From positions 113,486 through 177,485 of the forward strand of contig DATAZU010000025.1 in NCBI GenBank assembly GCA_036271875.1: a stretch of 64,000 nt of DNA, given 5' to 3'. Under the pieces are notes generated by a model. That model was not told the DNA's origin and did not search any database. It was given only the letters and a program-made list of their open reading frames with translations. The first letter of the stretch is position 1; every line of letters begins with the position of its first letter. The position numbers and the translations under genes are program-made. Origin of the DNA: Galbitalea sp. (lineage in GTDB: Bacteria; Actinomycetota; Actinomycetes; Actinomycetales; Microbacteriaceae). Positions 57,831 through 64,000 of the stretch are shown here, piece after piece.

Positions 57831-59309
57831 GTGCAGGCCACCAACCAGAAGACAGCGAACGAGACAACACAGACGCCGGTGGCTCGCCACAGCACGCTGA
57901 TCGTGGTGTTCCTGTCGCTGGGCGGGCTGTCATTCGCCGTTCTCCAGTCGCTGGTCGCGCCGGCACTGTCCACCATCGGGGCCGACCTCAAGGTCTCGAC
58001 CGCCGATGTCAGCTGGATCCTCACGGCCTACCTGCTGTCGGCATCCGTCTTGACACCGGTCCTCGGTCGCTTCGGCGACATGGTCGGCAAGCGTCGCATC
58101 CTCATCGTGGTCCTGGTACTCCTTCTTATCGGCGCCGTGCTTGCCGCTCTCGCGCCGAACCTGGGAGTGCTGATCGTGGGGCGCGTCATCCAGGGTTCCG
58201 CTGGCGCCATCCTGCCGTTGTCGATCGGTATCGTGCGGGACGAACTCCCTCACTCGCGCGTTCCGGCGACCATCGGCATTCTGTCGGCCATCTTCGGAAT
58301 CGGCGCGGGCGTCGGAATCGTCGCGGCGGGCCCGATCGTCCAAGCACTTAACTGGCACTGGCTGTTCTGGTTCCCGGCATTCCTTGTTGTCATCGCTCTG
58401 GCCGGCGCGATCTTCGGGATGAAGGAGTCGCCGGTGCGCAAGCCCGGCCGGATCGACGTCGTGGGCGCGCTCGTTCTCGGCATCACGCTGGTTGCGATCC
58501 TGCTGCCCATCGACCAGGGACAGACCTGGGGATGGGGCAACTGGAAGACCATCTGGCTGCTCGTGCTTGGCGGGGTCGCTCTCATCGCGTTCGTCTTCAT
58601 TGAACTGCGGGTGAAGGAGCCTCTGGTGGACATGCGCCTCATCCGCCATCGTGGTGTGTGGAGTGCGCACCTGGTCGCTCTGACCTTCGGCTTCGCGATG
58701 TTCGGAGTGTTTATCATCATCCCGACACTGCTTCAGTTGAATCCCGCGCAGGTCGGATTTGGCTTCGACAAGACGGTCACGCAGGCCGGTTTCTACCTGC
58801 TTCCCACGGTCCTCGCGATGGTCGTCTTCGGCCCCTTCGCCGGCTTCCTGGTGCGCAAGGTCGGACCGAAGGTGCCGATGATGATCGGTGCCCTTCTGCT
58901 GATCGTCGCCTTCGTCATCCCCGCGATCAAGCACGACAACATTTGGGAGGTCGTCGTTTCGGGAATTCTTACCGGTGCCGCGATCGGCATGGGGCTGGCC
59001 TCGATGTCCAACGCGATCATCGAGAGCGTGCCCGCAACGCAAACCGGCGAGGCAACGAGCGTCAACGCGATCGCGCGAACGATCGGAAGCGCGATCGGCA
59101 CCGCGGTGGTCGCGGCCATCATCTCGTCGAACAGCGTCGTCGTTGCGACCTTCTCAGTGCCGAAGGATGCGGGGTTCACGGTCAGCTTCTGGGCCTGCGC
59201 CGGGGTTGCCGTTCTTGCGTTCGTCGCCGCTCTGATCGCTCCCGGTCTCCGCAAGAGCCGCGAAGCCGCCGCTGCGCTCGGCATCGATGACTTCGAGGTC
59301 GGCAGCTAG
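57831..59309 (+). CDS. MFS transporter (DHA2-like, about 14 TM)
   Basis: SWILTAYLL, GRFGDMVGKRR, GRVIQG, EPLVDMRL; GTG 57831. Confidence 0.93.
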   Translation: MQATNQKTANETTQTPVARHSTLIVVFLSLGGLSFAVLQSLVAPALSTIGADLKVSTADVSWILTAYLLSASVLTPVLGRFGDMVGKRRILIVVLVLLLIGAVLAALAPNLGVLIVGRVIQGSAGAILPLSIGIVRDELPHSRVPATIGILSAIFGIGAGVGIVAAGPIVQALNWHWLFWFPAFLVVIALAGAIFGMKESPVRKPGRIDVVGALVLGITLVAILLPIDQGQTWGWGNWKTIWLLVLGGVALIAFVFIELRVKEPLVDMRLIRHRGVWSAHLVALTFGFAMFGVFIIIPTLLQLNPAQVGFGFDKTVTQAGFYLLPTVLAMVVFGPFAGFLVRKVGPKVPMMIGALLLIVAFVIPAIKHDNIWEVVVSGILTGAAIGMGLASMSNAIIESVPATQTGEATSVNAIARTIGSAIGTAVVAAIISSNSVVVATFSVPKDAGFTVSFWACAGVAVLAFVAALIAPGLRKSREAAAALGIDDFEVGS

Positions 59310-59355
59310 CTCAGGGGCGCAGCGGCCGCACACCCTCGAGGACCGCAATGCAAGA

Positions 59356-60018
59356 ATGGCCCCCATGAGCCAACTTCACGCCTACCTGGCATTCGCCACA
59401 TCGCTGGCCTGGCCGTTTGTCGTGCTGGTCTTGATCATCATCCTGGCCGCTCCGCTCAGGCGGCTTGTCGACGGACTGCGATCAATTGAGTTGTCGCGCG
59501 GAAAACTACGGCTTCGTCGTGAGTTTCGTGCCGCCGCAAAATCCGCGAGAACCGCCGTCGAAGAGTTGAAAGTCGCACCGAGAGATTCGTCGGCAGACCC
59601 TGACGATGGGCCTTCCGAGGTGATCCTGGAGAACAGAAACCCCTGGCTGGCGATCGCGGTCACGAGTCCGGCCATTGCCATCCTGGAGAGTTGGGAGGAG
59701 CTACGGGCCGCGATCTTTGACCTGGCCAACAAGACGGGGATAGAAACGAGCGAGGTGGGCAAGCGAGTTCAGGTCGGCCTAACCGAAACTATTCAATTGC
59801 TGATTGAAGGCAAGGTCGTAAACCCAAGCTTCGCGAGCGCCGTTGATGAACTCCGCGAACTGCGCAACAAGGTTGCGCACGGCGGTTGGACCCCAACTCA
59901 GCCCGAAGGGCTGGCGTTCATCACTTCTGCGTGGGAACTCGTTCGAGCTTCCAACGCCATCGCGATTGTTCTGCGCCCTCGATCAACGAGACTCCGAACG
60001 CCCAAGGATCCGCGATAG
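59356..60018 (+). CDS. Hypothetical protein: N-terminal TM helix and C-terminal HEPN-like domain
   Basis: LAWPFVVLVLIIIL TM helix; SPAIAILESWEEL; ELRELRNKVAHG (Rx4H). Confidence 0.65.
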   Translation: MAPMSQLHAYLAFATSLAWPFVVLVLIIILAAPLRRLVDGLRSIELSRGKLRLRREFRAAAKSARTAVEELKVAPRDSSADPDDGPSEVILENRNPWLAIAVTSPAIAILESWEELRAAIFDLANKTGIETSEVGKRVQVGLTETIQLLIEGKVVNPSFASAVDELRELRNKVAHGGWTPTQPEGLAFITSAWELVRASNAIAIVLRPRSTRLRTPKDPR

Positions 60019-60038
60019 TTCGATCGTGCTAGGTGCTG

Positions 60039-60413
60039 TCAATCGGCTGCCAGGAAACCCCGCACGAGTGTAATCAGCCCGGTGTCGAACGAACCACGTT
60101 CTCCGCCCGATGTGTACCGATCATTGGTGTCGAATACGTCGGATCTGCGTGAGTCGATGTGGCTTACGGACGCGCGCAACCTGATCGGCACCGTGTCGCC
60201 CGACGGAGCGCCGTCGATGTTGTGAAGCATTCTTCGGACTTGGCGCGGCAATAAATCACCGTACTTCCGCTCCAATTCGTCATCGTCTGGCTGGAGTCGG
60301 GACAACTTGTCTCCGTAGACGATGCTTCGTCGCATCTCTTCGTCAACAAGACAGATGTACAAGCGGAATTGTTCGCCCAGAGTCACCCTGGGGACTTCGT
60401 ATGGATCGGTCAT
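60039..60413 (-). CDS. Hypothetical protein
   Basis: 124-aa ORF with AAAGG SD and an AT-rich upstream region; no recognisable motif. Confidence 0.45.
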   Translation of the reverse strand: MTDPYEVPRVTLGEQFRLYICLVDEEMRRSIVYGDKLSRLQPDDDELERKYGDLLPRQVRRMLHNIDGAPSGDTVPIRLRASVSHIDSRRSDVFDTNDRYTSGGERGSFDTGLITLVRGFLAAD

Positions 60414-60560
60414 GGCGGTGCCTTTGATCGGGATCCGACCCGTCCCGGATGGGACTGGATACGAGAAATATACCCCCAAGATGGTTACATCGGGTAGAAA
60501 GTTTCCGCTACAATTAATGCCCCCGGATTTTGGTGGCAAAATACAAGAAACTTTCAGTTG

Positions 60561-61133
60561 TTAGCCCAGAAGCCTGCGTCGAATCAGATCGGGAACACGT
60601 TCGGACGTGTCCTCGTCACTCGCAACCTCCATGGCGATATTCGTCTGGTCGGGAAGGCCGATGAACGACAGAACAGCACGCGCAAAGTCGGCAATCAGTA
60701 CGTGCGTTTCAGATGACCGATCATCTACGCAAAACTGCACGATGAGAACCCGTGGTGCCTTCACATCGTCGACGAAAATGAACGGGAGCCGACCCTCAAG
60801 ATGCGCCGCGATATTTCCCGCAACCGACGGCAGCAGACGGGTCCCCGTCATCGAATCAAGTGAGATCCAAATGCGGGCGTTAAGGTTGCCCTCCGCAAAT
60901 CGAGCCCGATCGACGACGACGAGATCGGGCAGCACGTTCTGTGGACTCACGTATGGCGAGCCGGTGTCATCATTCCGACCAGTCGCGTCCTGTCCGCCCG
61001 ACCAGTCATTCGTGACCGCGACTAGCCGTGTGCGCTCCGAATCCGCCTTCATTCCGACGGTCCCGCGCTGGTCGGGTGCGATGCGCAGAATCGCAGGCGC
61101 TCTCCCGGTGTGAAGCAAAATGCTTCTGGGCAC
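60561..61133 (-). CDS. Hypothetical protein (start uncertain, possible 5' frameshift)
   Basis: 190-aa ORF with globular-looking C-terminal half; no recognisable motif. Confidence 0.45.
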   Translation of the reverse strand: MPRSILLHTGRAPAILRIAPDQRGTVGMKADSERTRLVAVTNDWSGGQDATGRNDDTGSPYVSPQNVLPDLVVVDRARFAEGNLNARIWISLDSMTGTRLLPSVAGNIAAHLEGRLPFIFVDDVKAPRVLIVQFCVDDRSSETHVLIADFARAVLSFIGLPDQTNIAMEVASDEDTSERVPDLIRRRLLG

Positions 61134-61536
61134 GCCAAAGGCATCGAACTGTCCAGCACGGTCAGCTCCAGTAAACCTCGATTGCGGTGCGGGTTTGTCG
61201 ACCTCGTTGGAGATTGCGGGGCTTGGCCATGGAATCCTCCAAAACGTTAACGCGCCGTCCAGGGTGGCAGGACAGAAGAGTGCGTCACTAACCTCACGAT
61301 CTTAGACTCATCGACGGGATGAAGGCTCGCGGACCACCCGATTTGTAACAATCTTGTGACAATTGGGACGGTGCGTTGCGGGTCGACGCATCAGCACGTG
61401 GGGGTCGGATTTGCGGCGGTGTAGTCGGATCCCGCGACCAGCTGGTGACGCTGGTTCCACCACGTGACGACCTGCGCGATCCGGTGATACCGAGAGTGTT
61501 GTGCTGATCGCTTGTCACCTGAAATGAGCGGGCGCC

Positions 61537-61971
61537 CTACCCCATCGCCCGATGCATGTGGCCATCCTGTGACGTGATGTATTCGTAGGAGTCGAGAACG
61601 ATTCGCTCGAGCACGGACAGGTCGACGTCGCTGAGACGCCTGATGTAGACGCAAACCCGGCTCGTCGTGTGCCCGCCCAGGCGCGCGAGTAGGTCTGCAT
61701 GGCGCACCGTGCCATCCATCAGATAGATGGTCAGCTTCCCCTTACGCGGGTAGAAACTCATCGCCTGCCCGTCACCCTCGCGGCCCGAGTCGTACTTGAA
61801 GTGGTAGCTGTCGAAGCCGACGGTGCCGACGTTGGCGAGCTGTGGTTCACTACCGGTGATCCGTTGCATGATCTCGATCAGCACGCGGGAGTCGGCGAGC
61901 GTTTGCTCGTCGTCGAGCGACGCGAGGTAGTCCTCGACCGCGCTCCCACCCGATCCGATCGGCTCAGTCAT
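61537..61971 (-). CDS. DUF1801 (YdhG-like) protein
   Basis: VEDYLA, M..ITG.EP, VGF.SYH.KYDSGREGD, F.PRK..L.IYL, LG.HTT...C.YI.RLSDVD..VL. Confidence 0.88.
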   Translation of the reverse strand: MTEPIGSGGSAVEDYLASLDDEQTLADSRVLIEIMQRITGSEPQLANVGTVGFDSYHFKYDSGREGDGQAMSFYPRKGKLTIYLMDGTVRHADLLARLGGHTTSRVCVYIRRLSDVDLSVLERIVLDSYEYITSQDGHMHRAMG

Positions 61972-62017
61972 CCAACGTCCGCCCGGGCGGCGTTTCACTG
62001 GTCATCCAGGCAGCTTG

Positions 62018-62505
62018 TCATAGTCGAAATTGCGGGTCATAAATCATTGAGTTCGCTCTCGATTCGTGCATTCCATTGAAGAGTTTTCCGGTGACTCCAG
62101 CTAACCGGCGGTCGGTTGCCCGCCGCAGGACTGGTCGCACCCCGGCTCGTACGGATACCCAGGGTCTTGTTCCGATCTCCCGCACCATCCGGGTATCCAT
62201 GAACGTGGCCGGGTGTACGCAGTTGATCAATACATTGTCCTTCTGAAAGTCCTCAGCTCCGTTCAGCGTGAACGCGGCCAAGGCGAATTTGCTTCGGAAA
62301 TATGCTTCCGCACCGTTGTAGTCGCGTCGGAATTCGATGTCGTCTATGTCGACGGCGGACTGGCCCACAGAACCAATGTTGATGACGCGTGCGTCCGGCG
62401 CGTTCTTCAAAGAGGGAAGGAGAAGCCGGGCCAGCATTGCTGGGGCAAGATAGTTCACCACGAGTCGAAGCTCGTGACCATCCACGCTTGTTTCTCGGCT
62501 GAGAT
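62018..62505 (-). pseudogene. 5'-truncated SDR oxidoreductase
   Basis: DGHELR..VNYLAP, RVINIGS.GQ, AYFRSK (YxxxK), N.VHPATFMDT.MV; the Rossmann TGxxxGxG and NNAG regions are missing. Confidence 0.8.
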
Positions 62506-62507
62506 GG

Positions 62508-62850
62508 GGCGGCGCCTGGCTGGACATTGACGGTAGAAAGGTCGATGTCCACTATCGGGATCTCGACCGCGTTGAAGCGGCGGACATCGCGGCAGCCGAC
62601 GGTCGATTCGCAATCGAGCCGCTGATGTTTTACCTCGCGGGTGTGGACAGACCTGGCCTCAATGAACTTGGACTACGCGGTCAGCCAGCATGCCGAGCAG
62701 AACAGACCGATCCAATTTGCTGGTCTTTGGGCTGTGGCGGCGATCCAGTTTGCCCATGCCGTCCTTGCTCATCGGGGCGAATGGGTGACAAACGAAAAGG
62801 GGCTGCTACGCCTGCCTCACGATTCAGCTCAGATTCCCAATATCGACTGA
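62508..62850 (+). pseudogene. Fragmented nucleotidyltransferase-domain gene
   Basis: GGAWLDIDGRKVDVHYRDLD...EPLMFYLAG, then in another frame HAVLAHRGEWVTNEKGLL; no 5' end, internal deletion near 62640. Confidence 0.7.
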
Positions 62851-63273
62851 GGCGGGCGCCAGGTGCATCGACGCCTCGCCAGAGACGAAGTCCACGGGTA
62901 GCGACAGGTGTTCATGAACGATTTCCCATTCGTCGCGACGCACGCAGCAGATGGTCGCCCGCGCCCAGTAGTCGACAACTCCTCCGCTAGTGAGAGTTCC
63001 TTGCGTGCGATTCAGCCAATACGCGAAGGCAAGATCGCCCTGAACTGTTATAGACAGACCTTCGACCGTTATGCCGAGCTGTCCGGAATAACCCCCGAGC
63101 CACCGCGCAAAGATCTCGCTCAGATTCTCCCTGCCGTCAAACTCCAGCGGGGGCACCAAGTCGTAAGATACGACGCTCTCTGCGTAGAGTCGCATCAGAC
63201 GGTCGAGGTCGCGTTCGCGAATTGCTGCACTGCGCTCGGCAACAATTGCAGCTATTTCAGTCTCTGCATCCAT
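62824..63273 (-). CDS. NTF2/SnoaL-like (YybH) protein
   Basis: AIRERDLD...Y...VVSYD.VPPL, GDLAF, W.RAT.C...W.IVHEH.S.P.D. Confidence 0.9.
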   Translation of the reverse strand: MDAETEIAAIVAERSAAIRERDLDRLMRLYAESVVSYDLVPPLEFDGRENLSEIFARWLGGYSGQLGITVEGLSITVQGDLAFAYWLNRTQGTLTSGGVVDYWARATICCVRRDEWEIVHEHLSLPVDFVSGEASMHLAPASVDIGNLS

Positions 63274-63414
63274 AAATCCATCCTGACAATTGGGGCCAGG
63301 ACTCTCTGGCGGAAATCCGACCTCACTGCCGTGAAATCGCAGAACTAATCGAACTATCCGCAGCTGCCTGGATTCTGAATTCGGTACGAGCCGGAGCCGT
63401 GCCTACCGGATTGG

Positions 63415-64000
63415 TTATCGCCGCCGCTCACGTCGTTCGTGTCGCCAGAGGACCGCGGATGCCAACGCCGCGACGACCGACGAAACCGCGATCGCGGCGA
63501 AAGCGAATTGATAGTTCACCGCAGTCGACGCGGTGGCCCCGGACAGGATCACCGCCACCAAGGCGACGGCAACCGCCCCACCAACCCTCTGCAGAATATT
63601 GACGAAGGCGGCCGCATCCGGGACTTGGTCCTGCCGAACGGCAGCGTAGGCCGCCGATGCGAGCGGCATGATCACGAACCCGGCCGCCAGCCCGCCGATG
63701 AACAGCAGCGGCTGCAGAAGAAGCATGTTCGTGTGCGCGTCCAGAAGCGAGAATGCCGCCCACACTGCTGCCGCCACCAGGTTTCCAACGACCGCGACAA
63801 CGCCTCCGCCCACCCTGTCTGTAAGCCGCCCGCCCAGGGGGAATGCTACGACCCCGCCCAGGCCGTACGAGATCAAGAGCAGCCCGCTGTTCACCAGCCC
63901 CTCGCCATGGACGACCTGAAAGTACAGGGGCAGCAAAACGCTCACCCCGAACATGGCAGCGCCCGCGAAGAAGCTTGCCCCGTTTGCCGCAGCGAACACG
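63415..64000 (-). CDS. DHA2-type MFS transporter, C-terminal part (runs off window)
   Basis: LLPLYFQ.V.G, GGRLTDR.G, NI.QRVGGA. Confidence 0.88.
   Translation of the reverse strand, partial: VFAAANGASFFAGAAMFGVSVLLPLYFQVVHGEGLVNSGLLLISYGLGGVVAFPLGGRLTDRVGGGVVAVVGNLVAAAVWAAFSLLDAHTNMLLLQPLLFIGGLAAGFVIMPLASAAYAAVRQDQVPDAAAFVNILQRVGGAVAVALVAVILSGATASTAVNYQFAFAAIAVSSVVAALASAVLWRHERRERRR

Noticed and set aside
59356-62850. MNT-HEPN toxin-antitoxin pair (HEPN-like ORF plus nucleotidyltransferase fragment)
   Set aside because: The genes are 2.5 kb apart with unrelated genes between them, and the fragment belongs to a longer nucleotidyltransferase type and is broken.
1-64000. Mobile elements, tRNA or rRNA genes
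   Set aside because: No transposase, integrase, terminal repeats or structured RNA genes were recognised by eye.

Overview
High-GC actinobacterial chromosomal DNA; gene content and order suggest Microbacteriaceae (inference). I found no rRNA, tRNA, CRISPR array, integrase or transposase. Family calls come from motifs recognised by eye, not from database searches. Left to right: (1) 3' end of psuG, a LysR, a sugar ABC transporter and a cupin. (2) A ~13 kb catabolic unit (4840-18195) that matches no pathway I know: TcuA-like flavoprotein, a ComA-like TIM barrel with rewired motifs, two tandem divergent MmgE/PrpD paralogues, a cyclase-family hydrolase, a Liv-type ABC transporter, a third canonical MmgE/PrpD and a LysR, with two copies of a CATCG-N7-CGATG box. 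(3) An adjacent itaconate/C5-dicarboxylate degradation module with EtfAB and a di-haem cytochrome b. (4) YciI plus an ECF42-like sigma factor with an apparent ATA start, azlCD, a 2OG oxygenase, msrB and a degenerate ComB-like gene. (5) A Met/Cys-poor organosulfur-type module with two monooxygenases, a peptide-type ABC transporter and a flavin reductase. (6) pit, an enoyl-CoA isomerase and a 5xSdrD-B/5xIPT LPxTG surface protein. (7) A cycloalternan-utilisation cluster (ROK, ABC, GH15, GH31). (8) An orphan sensor pair, TetR/MFS, a membrane-anchored HEPN-like ORF and a decayed region with deletion scars. The best candidate for an undescribed system is unit (2) together with its neighbour (3).
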